The position numbers and the translations under genes are program-made. A stretch of 64,000 nucleotides of DNA from an uncultured Alphaproteobacteria bacterium. Its GTDB lineage: Bacteria; Pseudomonadota; Alphaproteobacteria; Rhizobiales; Xanthobacteraceae. This document shows positions 1-10,485 of this stretch, in pieces; the first letter of the stretch is position 1; each line of letters opens with the position of its first letter. The stretch lies in the NCBI GenBank assembly GCA_963725985.1, contig CAVSAO010000001.1:768072-832071 (forward strand), in the 5' to 3' direction. The notes beneath the pieces were generated by a model, which saw only the letters and a list, made by a program, of their open reading frames with translations, did not search any database and had not been told where the DNA came from.

Positions 1-1391
1 GACAAATCCATGATCGTCTTGATCGTTTCGGCTGAGCTCTGCGGCGTACGAATTACCTCAAGCAATGGCATTACGTTGGCCGGCGAGAAGAAGTGCATGC
101 CGATGACGTCCTGTGGACGCGACGTCGCCTTGCCGATTTCTTCAACGTCGAGCGTCGAGGTATTGGTCGCAAGCACCGCCCCGGGTTTCGCGATCTTGTC
201 GAGCGTCGCAAATATCTTCTTCTTGAGGTTCATGTCCTCAAACACGGCCTCGATGATTACGTCGGCGTCCCTGACGTCATTGTAATCGAGCGAGCCCTTT
301 ACCAGGCCCATGCGGCGAGCCTTTTCGTCTTCGGTCAGGCGGCCCCGCTTGACCATAGCAGCATAGGTCGCATCGACGGCCGCGAGCCCGCGCTTCAACC
401 CCTCCTCGCTTGCATCGAGAATGGTAACGGGCATGCCGGCATTGGCGAAGCAAATGGCAATGCCACCGCCCATGGTGCCGGCGCCAACGATGCCGGCACT
501 GCCGATCTTGCGAGCCGTCGTACCGGCCGGAATGTCGGTGACCTTTCGCGTCTCGCGCTCGGCGAAAAAGACGTGGACCGCGCCCTTGCTCTCCGCAGAA
601 TCCTTCGCGCCGTTGACGAGACGCTCTTCCTCGAGCAACCCCTCCGCGAATGGCATGGTCAACGAAGCGCGCACGGCTGTGATCGCCGTCTGCCCGGCCA
701 CGCGGTTGGGATAGCGCTTCTTCGCCTCGGCTTCGAGGCGGGCAAGGATTTCCGGGGTCGCGCTGACCGGTTCAACCTTCATTTCGCCGGTTCGGCGTGG
801 ACCGGCCCCCTGGGCGATCAGTTCGTTTGCATAAGCGACGGCGGCCGCCACGACGTCTTCTTCAGCGACGCGGTCGAGCGCGCCATAAGCCAATGCCGTC
901 TTGGCGTCGATCGGGCGTGCTTCGATAATCATCTCGAGCGCCTTTTCAGCGCCGATGAGACGCGGAAGGCGTTGCGTGCCGCCCGCCCCGGGGATGATAC
1001 CAAGTGTGACCTCCGGGAAACCGACACGCGTCGTGGCTGCGGCGATGCGATAATGGCACGCAAGCGCGATCTCGAAGCCTCCGCCAAGGGCCGTGCCGAA
1101 CAGTGCGGCGACGACGGGAACGCTCAGATTTTCAAACCGGCCGAACAAAGCACGATATTCCGCCTCCTTTGGCGGGCCACTGAACTCACCGATGTCGGCA
1201 CCAGAAAAAAACGTTGAGCCTGCGCACGTGAGTACCACCGCCTTCACGCCTGAAAGCTTACCGACTTCGTCTAGGGCTTGATCAAGACCAGCGCGAACCG
1301 CCGCCGTAATTGTATTCACCGGCGGCGCATCAACCGTCATCACGGCCACGTTGCCCTCGAGCTTAACATCAACGGTCTTCTTGTCGGCCAT
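1..1391 (-). CDS. Enoyl-CoA hydratase / 3-hydroxyacyl-CoA dehydrogenase multifunctional beta-oxidation protein (3' end runs off the window)
   Basis: Hand translation of the minus strand from ATG at 1391 (GGAG RBS): MADKKTVDVKLEGNVAVMTVDAPPVN...FFSGADIGEF...ALGGGFEIALACHYR...PEVTLGIIPGAGGTQRLPR (crotonase), then VGAGTMGGGIA (Rossmann fold). Not in the ORF track because no stop lies inside the window. Confidence 0.92.
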   Translation of the reverse strand, partial: MADKKTVDVKLEGNVAVMTVDAPPVNTITAAVRAGLDQALDEVGKLSGVKAVVLTCAGSTFFSGADIGEFSGPPKEAEYRALFGRFENLSVPVVAALFGTALGGGFEIALACHYRIAAATTRVGFPEVTLGIIPGAGGTQRLPRLIGAEKALEMIIEARPIDAKTALAYGALDRVAEEDVVAAAVAYANELIAQGAGPRRTGEMKVEPVSATPEILARLEAEAKKRYPNRVAGQTAITAVRASLTMPFAEGLLEEERLVNGAKDSAESKGAVHVFFAERETRKVTDIPAGTTARKIGSAGIVGAGTMGGGIAICFANAGMPVTILDASEEGLKRGLAAVDATYAAMVKRGRLTEDEKARRMGLVKGSLDYNDVRDADVIIEAVFEDMNLKKKIFATLDKIAKPGAVLATNTSTLDVEEIGKATSRPQDVIGMHFFSPANVMPLLEVIRTPQSSAETIKTIMDL

Positions 1392-1634
1392 TATCGTCTC
1401 CATTGGCATGTGGTCGCACTCGAGCGGGAGGCTCGACGGATTGGGGGCTGGCCTAATTCCTAAGCTGGATAGAGTGGAATCGCGCGGTCTCCCAACCGGA
1501 ACTGAATTTGTTTGTTTCTTCCGCATCAAAGGCCGCATCCCCGTCGACCTGAACAGGAAGCCAGAACCTCAGTTCGGCTCCAGGGAGCCCGCGGTGGACA
1601 GGTCTTCTTCAGACACGGCCCCAGAATGGATTTA

Positions 1635-1656
1635 ATGTATAATCGTTATAGTACAT
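1635..1656. promoter_or_regulatory. AT-rich imperfect palindrome, possible operator between divergent beta-oxidation genes
   Basis: ATGTA-TAATCGTTATAG-TACAT in the divergent intergenic region. Confidence 0.3.
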
Positions 1657-1709
1657 AACTACCTTGCGTCAAGCATCCTACGGTCGCACCACATGCAGAG
1701 GAGCACACC

Positions 1710-1769
1710 ATGCCCTACGGCGCGCCCGTTTCCGAGCTGACCTTCCTGATGAACTGTCCGCGGTGGTAG
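1710..1769 (+). pseudogene. Truncated N-terminal stub resembling an acyl-CoA dehydrogenase start
   Basis: GAGGAG RBS then MPYGAPVSELTFLMN, resembling the 'MxYxAPxxDxxFxLN' start of long-chain acyl-CoA dehydrogenases. It stops after 19 codons, just before the IS21-type element. Confidence 0.45.
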
Positions 1770-1821
1770 CGGCCATCGCAATCTGCGCTTTGGTCCGTTT
1801 TCAGTCGCGGCCGCCACCGTC

Positions 1822-1974
1822 TGTCAATCGGCGTCCAAAATTGACCCCTGATCGGCGTCCAACAGTGACCCCCGTGCGGCGCCAGAATTTGGAATGAGTT
1901 GTAGCGCTTATGATATGTGGGGTGGGGTCAGCCTTGGGCGCCGATTTGGGGGGCAAAGGCCAGGCCGATTTACA
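1822..1974. mobile_element. 153-bp non-autonomous miniature element with IS21-family-type ends
   Basis: Left end TGTCAATCGGCGTCCAAAATTGACCCC-TG-ATCGGCGTCCAACAGTGACCCC. Reverse complement of the right end is TGTAAATCGGCCTGGCCTTTGCCCCCC-AA-ATCGGCGCCCAAGGCTGACCCC. TG...CA termini, two tandem sub-repeats per end, no transposase. Confidence 0.75.
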
Positions 1975-2577
1975 ATCAAGGACGCCGCCGAGACCCTGAC
2001 GCGCCGGTTTCGCATTGCGCCCGACAGGGTCGAGCACCGCAGGGAAAAGTTCGCGGCGTCGAACGGGTTCGTCACGATCACAGAGGCATCGGTCGCGCGT
2101 GGATTCGTTCCCACTGGCGTGCTGGTCATATCTGGCGGAAGCCAGACAGATGCTGCGCCTTGAACACACCCGCACGACGGCGCCAAATTGACAAAATTAG
2201 CTCGTAGTCGAAATTCCCCATACCTCATGATCGCGGGGATCTCTGAAATGTGGAGTATTCTAATTGCGAGCACGTTGGCCGCGATGCTCGTATTACTGGG
2301 ATTACGCTGGGGTCTGCAGAGGTGGATCGACAGCGTCTACAAACATTAGTTGGCAAGCCCGGGTCATTTTTCCCTTGGCAACTTGTGCCGTCGCCAATGG
2401 ATGTTTTTGAGCGAGCGATTGAATACGCGCTTGAGGCGGCGGTTCAAGGCCCCTCATTACAACCTGTCTGCGCGAACGTCGGCGTTCGGCAACCAGCAAT
2501 AGCCCCTCCATCTTGGACCGTCATTGCTCGGCGTCGTGCCCTGCCACGTCACCACAGAATTGCACATCACCGAGGCG

Positions 2578-3126
2578 TTATTGCCCGTCAGAACAGCTAA
2601 CGGGTGATCCGCCCGTTCTCCGACAGGCCCGATAGCGCCACGGCGCAACAAACCTGCCGCCCCACATGCCCCATTGGGCGTGCTTGGCTTCGTTCTGCGC
2701 GGCGGCATAATTGCCTTGCGAATATTTGGGCCAGTCGAGCGCGAGCCCGCTGCGCACCATCCAATCGGCCAGATCGATACCGGCGACCGCGCAGACCGCC
2801 ACGGCGGGCTTGTATCGGTCGTGGTCCACTTCAACGCAGTTTACCGGGCGGCGCGCGATGACAGCATCAAGATCGTTCGCGGCCTTCTGCCCGCAGCGAT
2901 AGCGTTCGCTGCCACGATCCTGGCAAAGCTGATCGGACTCGGGCGCATCAATTCCCCACAGCCGAATTCGCATCCCGCGAATTTCCAGCGTGTCGCCGTC
3001 GATGATGGTGGCCTGACCGACAAGATCAGTGGCAAATGAATCTGGCATCGACGCAAAGATTAGCGCCGCCGCGAGTGCGGCAATGGGCAGCATCACGAGA
3101 ATGACTCGGCGGCCGATCTGGTTCAT
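2578..3126 (-). CDS. Thermonuclease (SNase-like) family secreted protein
   Basis: Signal/TM segment, then IIDGDTL...RIRLWGIDAPE...DRY...AKHAQWGMW motifs. Confidence 0.88.
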   Translation of the reverse strand: MNQIGRRVILVMLPIAALAAALIFASMPDSFATDLVGQATIIDGDTLEIRGMRIRLWGIDAPESDQLCQDRGSERYRCGQKAANDLDAVIARRPVNCVEVDHDRYKPAVAVCAVAGIDLADWMVRSGLALDWPKYSQGNYAAAQNEAKHAQWGMWGGRFVAPWRYRACRRTGGSPVSCSDGQ

Positions 3127-3775
3127 CTGACGAGCCGATATACCTTCTCGCGCTTTTGCGCGGTGCCCCAACGCGGCGGCGAAGCAGCCGCCGTAAACCA
3201 CAACGGCCTGTCTGTTCACCGTCTCCGAACGCGTGGTACCCCAAGTCGTACGCGACTGCATCACAACCACGGAGGGCACGCATATCTTTCGTAAATTAGT
3301 GTTTTTGATGCTTACCGCCGTGTTACCGGCAATCGCGGTATCTGTCGCTTCGGTCGATCCCGCAGCTGCCGGGAACGACTGCCGTGGTGCCTGCGCCTTG
3401 GGCGGCGGCCAGTTCGCGTCGGGCCTCCATTTCCCAATTGAAGTCAGAGCGGACATCAACGCCGCTCCGGCCGCGCCGCCCTGCCGGGATCGCCAATCTT
3501 TTCAATGCAGTAGGTCGAAGATCGACAGCGGATTCTTGTCAATTTCCTGGCGCTCGATTGCCTGAAAACGCGGGAGGTCCCGACTGCCTTCCGAAGCCGC
3601 ACCATGTCACGCCGCCAAAGCCGACATCCGGATGCCGCAGCATTCTCCCGCGCACAAGCGCGTCAGGGGGATTTGTGTTGTTCGAGCGATGTTCGGCACC
3701 TGGATATGCGAGAAACGTCTGCCCCGTGTCTAAAGGTGTGCTAGCTTAAGAACTCTACCTCGGATGGGGGCTAGA

Positions 3776-4285
3776 ATGAAAAATTCGTCCCAAGCATTGT
3801 GCCTCGCGGCGATCGTTCTTGGATCGCTCGCTTCGGTGTCCGCATCGCATAGCGAAGAATTGTTGAAACTAACGCCCGGCGTTGCAAAGTCCGTAGTTGT
3901 GAACGGGGCTGACGCTGGGAAATTTACGTCGATCATAGGGGACCCGAAAGTTGCCGACTTCACCTTTGGACCGAAAAACACGCTATGGTTTGTCGGCAAA
4001 GCCGAAGGCAGCACGAACGTCATCATCCTCGAAAATGATACGGGAAAAGAATTGTTTAGTGCGACGATTGAGGTCGGTGACCTGAATCGGGTGCACATCC
4101 ATAACAAAGCGCTACTCACTAGCTACACGATATACCGATGCACGCCAACGTGCGTGTACGTCAACGAAGTCACGGCGGAAGAACCCGCGCCGTTGCCGAA
4201 AGGACATTCGGATTTGTCTTCGAAGATTCAGGCGAACACAAATCAACCGCTGCTGTCGCCGACATACCAACCCCCGACGCAGTGA
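3776..4285 (+). CDS. Pilus-assembly/secretin N-terminal-domain protein (Tad/Cpa-associated type)
   Basis: Signal peptide, IIGDPKVADF...FVGKAEGSTNVIIL and C-terminal YRCTPTC pattern. Confidence 0.7.
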   Translation: MKNSSQALCLAAIVLGSLASVSASHSEELLKLTPGVAKSVVVNGADAGKFTSIIGDPKVADFTFGPKNTLWFVGKAEGSTNVIILENDTGKELFSATIEVGDLNRVHIHNKALLTSYTIYRCTPTCVYVNEVTAEEPAPLPKGHSDLSSKIQANTNQPLLSPTYQPPTQ

Positions 4286-4449
4286 TCCAAATCTGCGTCT
4301 GCCGATTTCAGACCGCACACGACAATTGCCTATTCAAGTCCCGCCAACGGGAACGGGTGGCAACGCGCCCTTCCCGGCCTGCGCGCCGAAATCGCAAAAG
4401 CAAACCCGTGGCACTGCCTGGCGGGGATAATAGAGAACACCGGGCGGCA

Positions 4450-6291
4450 TCATTCAGAAGTCCCGGGTGGCTTTGTCCCGTTATTCCCGGGCGACTTCGT
4501 CGGATTCCGCGCATCTGCCCCATCGTCAATCGAACGTTCGAATTCTTCCAGCGGGATGAACCTGTATCCCATACCCTTGAGCTCCGAAATCAGGTGCCGC
4601 AAATCCGATGCATCAGGCCGAGCAGATTCGGAATCATCGTTCCGCTTCGCCACCAGCAGAAACGGATGAAAATAAAAGGAAGCCCAGACATCCCGAACCA
4701 CCCTGTTGCGCTCCGCCGAGACACGCATCGCCGCGAAGTTCTGTACCTGCGAGACGAAGCCGATCGTCTCCGGGATCACGCGCTGGCCGTAAATATCGCG
4801 ATAGATCTCAAATGGAAACATCTGAACGATTCGTCCTTTGGATCGTCGATCCACGTCATCGAAGGACGTTTCTTTGACTTTATCGATCACTTCCTGGTCG
4901 ACGCCCGGCATATCGAGCGCGGCACGACGACTGCCGGCGCGAAGCGTGAAGCTGTTGCCAACCGACGACGAAAAATAGGACACCCGGCCGATCACCCAGG
5001 GAAACACGCGACCGAACACGACGTTGTCCGCGGCAGATTCTTCGTAATGCGGCGTAATCCAGAACCGCGGTTTTTGTCGGTACAACTCGAAAACGCGCAC
5101 GCCGGTGGAAAGACGGTCCAGCACCCACTCCGGGCTGTCGCCCGGGATGGGTCTTTCATTCACCTTGTCCCAGAATTCGAAATCATGACCGGTAGTTCCG
5201 TCGAATGGATTAGGCTGGGTGCCGAATTGGTGTGTGACCCCATGCCAAATAATGGTGTTTCGAGGATTTCGAGCGAGGGCGATCATGAGATTGCGCAAAC
5301 CGGCGACACTGTCCGCGGTGATCGGGGAACTGGTCGCCCCTCGCCCGAGGCTGTTTGAGGGATCGACGAACACAGGAATATGCGCGATGTTGATCGGAAT
5401 ACCTTCATCCCAAAATGCCGTCAGAGCCATCTTGACCAATGCCAGGTCGGAAGCCCCGTGGATGTCTTCCAGCCGGCACAAGGCGAGAGGAACATTGCGC
5501 AGCGGCTTCTCGTCGAGAATGTCGAATAGGAGATCGGCAACGACCAGGTATCGTGAGTTCTCCCGCATGTTGTAGTATTCGAACGGAACATCGCTGATAA
5601 GGAACTTGTTGTCAGCGCGAAGGACGTAAGGAATCTTTTGCAGGCTTTTGCTGTGCACCTGCCAGGCGATCACCTGGTCACTGGCCCCGCTCGCGACGGG
5701 TTGGTACTGCACGGTACGAATGGGCTCCTGCGGACCCTCGCCCTGGGAGAATTCCGTAACGAAAGAACTGCCCTTGTATTCCACCCCGGCAAAGAATCCG
5801 TCCTTCTGAATCGTTTCTTTCGTCGCCGCAATCGTGCTGCCGGCGCGGTGACGAAATTCACGTTTGAGCAAATCCTCGTCAAGCTGCTGGCTTCCCAGCC
5901 CGATCCAGACGATGCGCCGCCTCGTTGAAAAGAAATCGGTCAGGAAGGACCGCGGAATGATCGTGTTGTCCGCCGTCCCGATATAAAACGTGGCCTGGCA
6001 CTCATCGGCTTGCCCTGCCTGATAGTCCCAAATCGGTCGGACCCGCACCTCGTATTGCGGAAAGTGTCCCATCAAGTTTGCGAGCACGATGGTGCGTTGC
6101 GGACCGTCTCGGGTTCCGACAACCCTTCCGGCGACTACGCCTGACTCATCATGAAAAATATTCACGCATGGCTGCACGCTGGCCTTGCTGGGGGGAGCCG
6201 GCAACACCATCAAAGCCCCGGCGAAAATGGCCAAGGCCGCTGTACCGACTGGCGAGCAACGGAGCATCTGCATTGTACGCTTTTCCAGCAT
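4450..6291 (-). CDS. DUF2334-type polysaccharide deacetylase-like secreted protein
   Basis: 613-aa ORF with signal peptide. RLEDIH, WHGVTHQ, TPHY and FYFHPF match the NodB/CE4-like DUF2334 pattern. Confidence 0.75.
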   Translation of the reverse strand: MLEKRTMQMLRCSPVGTAALAIFAGALMVLPAPPSKASVQPCVNIFHDESGVVAGRVVGTRDGPQRTIVLANLMGHFPQYEVRVRPIWDYQAGQADECQATFYIGTADNTIIPRSFLTDFFSTRRRIVWIGLGSQQLDEDLLKREFRHRAGSTIAATKETIQKDGFFAGVEYKGSSFVTEFSQGEGPQEPIRTVQYQPVASGASDQVIAWQVHSKSLQKIPYVLRADNKFLISDVPFEYYNMRENSRYLVVADLLFDILDEKPLRNVPLALCRLEDIHGASDLALVKMALTAFWDEGIPINIAHIPVFVDPSNSLGRGATSSPITADSVAGLRNLMIALARNPRNTIIWHGVTHQFGTQPNPFDGTTGHDFEFWDKVNERPIPGDSPEWVLDRLSTGVRVFELYRQKPRFWITPHYEESAADNVVFGRVFPWVIGRVSYFSSSVGNSFTLRAGSRRAALDMPGVDQEVIDKVKETSFDDVDRRSKGRIVQMFPFEIYRDIYGQRVIPETIGFVSQVQNFAAMRVSAERNRVVRDVWASFYFHPFLLVAKRNDDSESARPDASDLRHLISELKGMGYRFIPLEEFERSIDDGADARNPTKSPGNNGTKPPGTSE

Positions 6292-6852
6292 TTTGCTTAT
6301 GCCATCTTCTGACGCCCGCGCTTGTCAAATGTGCGCGCTGCCGCTCCCAAAGAATCGCCGCTCATTTTGAAAACGTGCAGCGTTGCGGGCAGATCAGGGA
6401 CGTTGATAAAGTTCTGTGCCAGCTCCGATCCGGGAGCCGAATAAATCGCAATAGCACTTCCGCCGCGCGGTGCGGTCGCGCCGATATCGACGCGACCGCC
6501 ATCTCGGCGTCCAATCGGCACAAGACACAGATTGAATATTTTGTCAACGGAGGTTCAAAGGCAGGCCGGCGTGGCGGCGTAAGACCGGCCAACGGCGAAA
6601 ATTGCTCCGCAGCTGACGGATGGTAACTTCGCCGGTATCCGGATCAGCGGCCTCAACGGCGGGCTGCTTTGCCTTACAGCGTCGCGACGCAGCCATGGCC
6701 TGTTCCTAAATGCGTTGTTGTCCTTCTGATCGGCGTCGGTAAACTCTTGAACTGGAGCGAATGGGCGCGCTCTTCACTCGCAAACGGAGCGCCGCGGCCT
6801 TGCTGGGAGCTTTGAATTCAGAAAACCAGCGCGCGGATGGACACAGACCATT

Positions 6853-7779
6853 TTGCGATATGCGAGCCACGAAGACGTGAAAAGTGAATCCGCCGTTTCT
6901 CGCGGACGGAGAATTATAGCGGCGCTGATCCTCACCGGTAATCTGGTTATTCAGATTGGCATCCCGGGCGTGGCGATAGGCGAGGAAAGTTCGCTTGATC
7001 TCGCGAGCGGGATCATGTGGCAAGTCGATGATGAGACCGTTCGTCCGAGCGGCAACTGGCATCGAATTGGTGCGCGTCGATTGATTGTCCAATGGACCTG
7101 GGCAGAGGGAAAGTCCTATCTTCCTGCCGCTCGGCTGCCGCACCATGCGGTCTTGCCGGACTGGAATCGAATTGCAAAGGAGCCGTGGGCACAGCAGGTC
7201 ATAGTCGGGCTTGCCGGCGAGCTAGACGAAAATCGGGCGCGGAGAAGCGTAGGTACTCTTGCGGCACTCTCCAAACGTCTCTCCATCATTGCGCGGAAGA
7301 CTGGCCTGAACATCGTGGGCTGGTATTTTCCCGTGGAAGTCGACCCGACCTGGCGCGGCGCTTCACGACTGGGCAAGGTGCTTGCAGGTCTGCCACGACC
7401 GTTATGGATATCGGTATACGACCGGGGAAATATCGGCCCTAAACCGCTGGCCGATTGGCTGCTGAGCTGGCTCCCCCCGGACATCGGAGTTCTGTTCCAG
7501 GATGGCGTGGGAACCGACGCGCGCGAGGCTCGGATCGCACGTGACTACGCCGACGAGTTGCGCGCCCGGCTTGGGACCGATCGTTTTGCGCTGATCGCCG
7601 AGGCGTTCCGAACGGCCGATACGCAGGGCTTCCGTTCAGCGACTGCCGCCGAATTAATTGCGCAATTGTCCGAATACAGCGGCCACACCGTCTATATCTT
7701 CGATGCCCCCCATTACCTGTCCAGCGAAACGGTGGACCTCATCATCGCGCAGGATCGCGGAGCAATTCAAAAGCAATAG
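6853..7779 (+). CDS. DUF4434/YbcH-like putative glycoside hydrolase
   Basis: 308-aa ORF with N-terminal TM. GARRLIVQWT, GWYFPVEVD and LFQDGVG resemble DUF4434. Confidence 0.6.
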   Translation: MRYASHEDVKSESAVSRGRRIIAALILTGNLVIQIGIPGVAIGEESSLDLASGIMWQVDDETVRPSGNWHRIGARRLIVQWTWAEGKSYLPAARLPHHAVLPDWNRIAKEPWAQQVIVGLAGELDENRARRSVGTLAALSKRLSIIARKTGLNIVGWYFPVEVDPTWRGASRLGKVLAGLPRPLWISVYDRGNIGPKPLADWLLSWLPPDIGVLFQDGVGTDAREARIARDYADELRARLGTDRFALIAEAFRTADTQGFRSATAAELIAQLSEYSGHTVYIFDAPHYLSSETVDLIIAQDRGAIQKQ

Positions 7780-8023
7780 CTCGGTGCCGTGCGCGGTCGC
7801 GCAAACCCCGAGACATTTTTGACTCCGCTTCCATCCAGGGCCGCAGCACGTTGGTTCGCCGAATGGCAAAAGCAAACTCGTTGCACTGCTTGGGGAGCTA
7901 AAGGCAAGCACGGGGGAAAGTGGGGCAATCGCAAGGCCAGCCAAGACACGGTACCCCATTCAAGCTCCCGGGCTGTTCGAGAACATTCAACCATGAAAGT
8001 TCACTGGTTTGTTCACCGGGCCG

Positions 8024-8923
8024 TCACGTCGGTCCAAGAAGCGAAGAAAGGGTTCTATCCACCGATCGCGCTATGATAACCGCCGACCGCTCGTCGAGAT
8101 GAACGCCATCCGCCCAACGTAACTCGCTTCTCGTGAAATCGATGCGTAGCCATCTGTCAGGGTCGGGAAATTTGGCGTGCACTATCTCGCGAGTGATTCT
8201 TGCCGATCGAGACCCTTCAAGCTGCTCGGAATAGGGAAGCTCATAAAGAAGCACTCGCGTGCCCCTTCGCTCGATCGCCGCGATCAGCTGTTCAATTCTC
8301 GTTACATTTGCGCGCACAGCAACCGACGGGTCGTCCGCGTTCAACTGCTGGAGTGCGCGATCTACATAAATGCGGTTGTCGAAATCCCTGGGCGGCTGCT
8401 TGAGCAATCGGCTCAGGGCTAAAGAGACCTGCGTGTTACTGAGCGGGGCATGAAGCCAACTCTCATAAGCCGCCACAGCCGTCCTGATTGGGCGAAATAA
8501 CAAAGGCTCGGCGTTGCCGTTCCTTGAATATTTGTCGACTAAAGCGGCATCTGTCGGCCTGGATAATACATTCACTTCAACCAAAACGATTCTGGGAAGG
8601 CGCGGTTGGTTCACCACGATTTCCAGCCCCGTGACAGGGGAGCCTCCGGCGAGTGCCAGATTTCGCACCCGCGGTGTGACGAAGTAGTCCTCCTCAAGCC
8701 GGAAGGTCAGAGAACTGCCCACGAGGACAGCATCGGGAATGGGCTCCTTGACGTACCGGTTCAAGGTGATCAGCGTGCCGTCCCGCGTTGTCGTCGAGGG
8801 CTGTTGCAGCCCGTTGCCGAACCAGGCGGTAGCCAATCCGCAGGCAAACAACAGCATCGCCGCACTAACACCGCATTTTGCGAGCCAGCGAACGGCGGAT
8901 ATTTGCTGCATGCTCGCACTCAA
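8024..8923 (-). CDS. SGNH/GDSL-like periplasmic partner of an MBOAT acyltransferase (AlgJ/PatB/DltD-like role)
   Basis: N-terminal TM, VLVGSS nucleophile motif and C-terminal DGVH. Start overlaps the MBOAT stop. Confidence 0.7.
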   Translation of the reverse strand: MSASMQQISAVRWLAKCGVSAAMLLFACGLATAWFGNGLQQPSTTTRDGTLITLNRYVKEPIPDAVLVGSSLTFRLEEDYFVTPRVRNLALAGGSPVTGLEIVVNQPRLPRIVLVEVNVLSRPTDAALVDKYSRNGNAEPLLFRPIRTAVAAYESWLHAPLSNTQVSLALSRLLKQPPRDFDNRIYVDRALQQLNADDPSVAVRANVTRIEQLIAAIERRGTRVLLYELPYSEQLEGSRSARITREIVHAKFPDPDRWLRIDFTRSELRWADGVHLDERSAVIIARSVDRTLSSLLGPT

Positions 8924-10284
8924 AACTGAAAATAGATGAACGAGGTTTCGGGACCGGCTTCAAGATACATCAGCGCCGCCATCGCACCGTACAGGTACGG
9001 CTCAACGCCGCGCAGTGTTCGCTCGAACGACGGGCGGGCAGCAAGATGCTGGATCATGACCGGCAACGAATAGAGCAGTGCAAGATTGTAAAATAGTTTC
9101 GGCGGGTTCGGGCTCGTGCTCGGCGTAAACATGCCGGACAGATAGCTCATGGCGTGATCGAAGTTCGGCAACTTGAAGAAAATCCATAGCATAGTGACGC
9201 AAACAAAAACAAAACCTATGCGAGCTGCCCGAAAGGCAGTTGAGTTGACCAACTGCAAGCGCGCCAGGAAGGGCCGCTCGATCACGAGCAAGCCACCGTG
9301 CAGTAGCCCCCACATAACGTAGCCAAGTCCGGCGCCGTGCCAGAGACCACCCAACCCCATCACAATCATCAGATTCAGATAGGTCCTGAAGGCACCATGG
9401 CGATTGCCGCCCAGCGGGACATAAAGATAGTTCCGTAACCAGTTCGACAGGGAGATGTGCCAGCGCGTCCAGAATTCGGAAAACGATGAGGAAATGTATG
9501 GAAGATTGAAGTTGACCGGCAAACGATAGCCGAAGAGCAACGCAAGACCGATCGCGATGGCCGAATAGCCGAAGAAGTCGGCATAAATTTGATAGCTGTA
9601 CAGGAAAACCAGCAGCCACCGATCCTGCGTCTGGAGCGTCTCATAGAGCGGGAAATCCATATAGGATGTCATCTCGTTGAGGTTGTTCGCGACGTAGAGC
9701 TTGAAAAAGAAGCCAGTTAAGATCCATTTTGCGGCCTCGACCAATGGAATGTCGGCAAAATATTTCGGCTTGATCTGCGGCATGAACATTTCGGCGCGCG
9801 TAATCGGTCCCGAGACAAGTTGCGGAAAGAATATGATGTAGAGGAATACGCTCGTCAGATTCGGCGGCGACGTTTTCTGCCTGGTCAGATCGACCAGTAA
9901 GCTGATGTTGTGGAATACGAAAAACGAAATCCCGATCGGCAGCGGTAATTTCAAGAGGACGTCTATTGGCGCAACGCCGGTTAAACCAGGCGATGACGGT
10001 TCGATGAACAGGAATTTGTACTTGAAGAACGCCAACAGCGCGAGATTGAAGGCAATGCCGAAAGGCAGCCAAATTGGGCGATTCCGCAAAGCCAAAATCA
10101 AGAACAGATAGGTTCCGAAAACGGCGACAGCCAGAAGCGGCAAAAGTTCGGGCTGGCCATAACCGTAAAAGAACAGGCTCGCGATCACGAGCAACTGGAT
10201 CTGAAGCGTTCTAAGCGGCGGGAGATAATAGGCCCCGAATACGATACCAACGAATATGCCGAACTGCCACGATGTGAAAATCAT
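8920..10284 (-). CDS. MBOAT family O-acyltransferase (AlgI/DltB-like)
   Basis: LPIGISFF, FFPQLVSGPI, DFFGYS, EFWTRWHISLSNWLRNYLY and GLWHGA motifs. Confidence 0.93.
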   Translation of the reverse strand: MIFTSWQFGIFVGIVFGAYYLPPLRTLQIQLLVIASLFFYGYGQPELLPLLAVAVFGTYLFLILALRNRPIWLPFGIAFNLALLAFFKYKFLFIEPSSPGLTGVAPIDVLLKLPLPIGISFFVFHNISLLVDLTRQKTSPPNLTSVFLYIIFFPQLVSGPITRAEMFMPQIKPKYFADIPLVEAAKWILTGFFFKLYVANNLNEMTSYMDFPLYETLQTQDRWLLVFLYSYQIYADFFGYSAIAIGLALLFGYRLPVNFNLPYISSSFSEFWTRWHISLSNWLRNYLYVPLGGNRHGAFRTYLNLMIVMGLGGLWHGAGLGYVMWGLLHGGLLVIERPFLARLQLVNSTAFRAARIGFVFVCVTMLWIFFKLPNFDHAMSYLSGMFTPSTSPNPPKLFYNLALLYSLPVMIQHLAARPSFERTLRGVEPYLYGAMAALMYLEAGPETSFIYFQF

Positions 10285-10485
10285 GCCGACCCGTCTGTGA
10301 TCGTAGAGAATTTAGCATCCCAGCCCGAGAGGGTATAGCCAAATCCGGAGCGCTGCAGACGGCCGAAGCGATGAGCTGTTCACCGCAGTGCCTGGATCCA
10401 GAACCGGCCCAATTCCGGACTCAAAAAGCACAACCAACAGCATCCTCATCATGCAGGACTGCGCTCGAAGGAAAACCCATGCAGA

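Noticed and set aside
6297-6700. Short ORFs between the DUF2334-like and DUF4434-like genes, and ORFs at 1894-2600 and 11558-12294
   Set aside because: No recognisable motifs, RBS or consistent codon bias; may be degraded fragments but cannot be supported.
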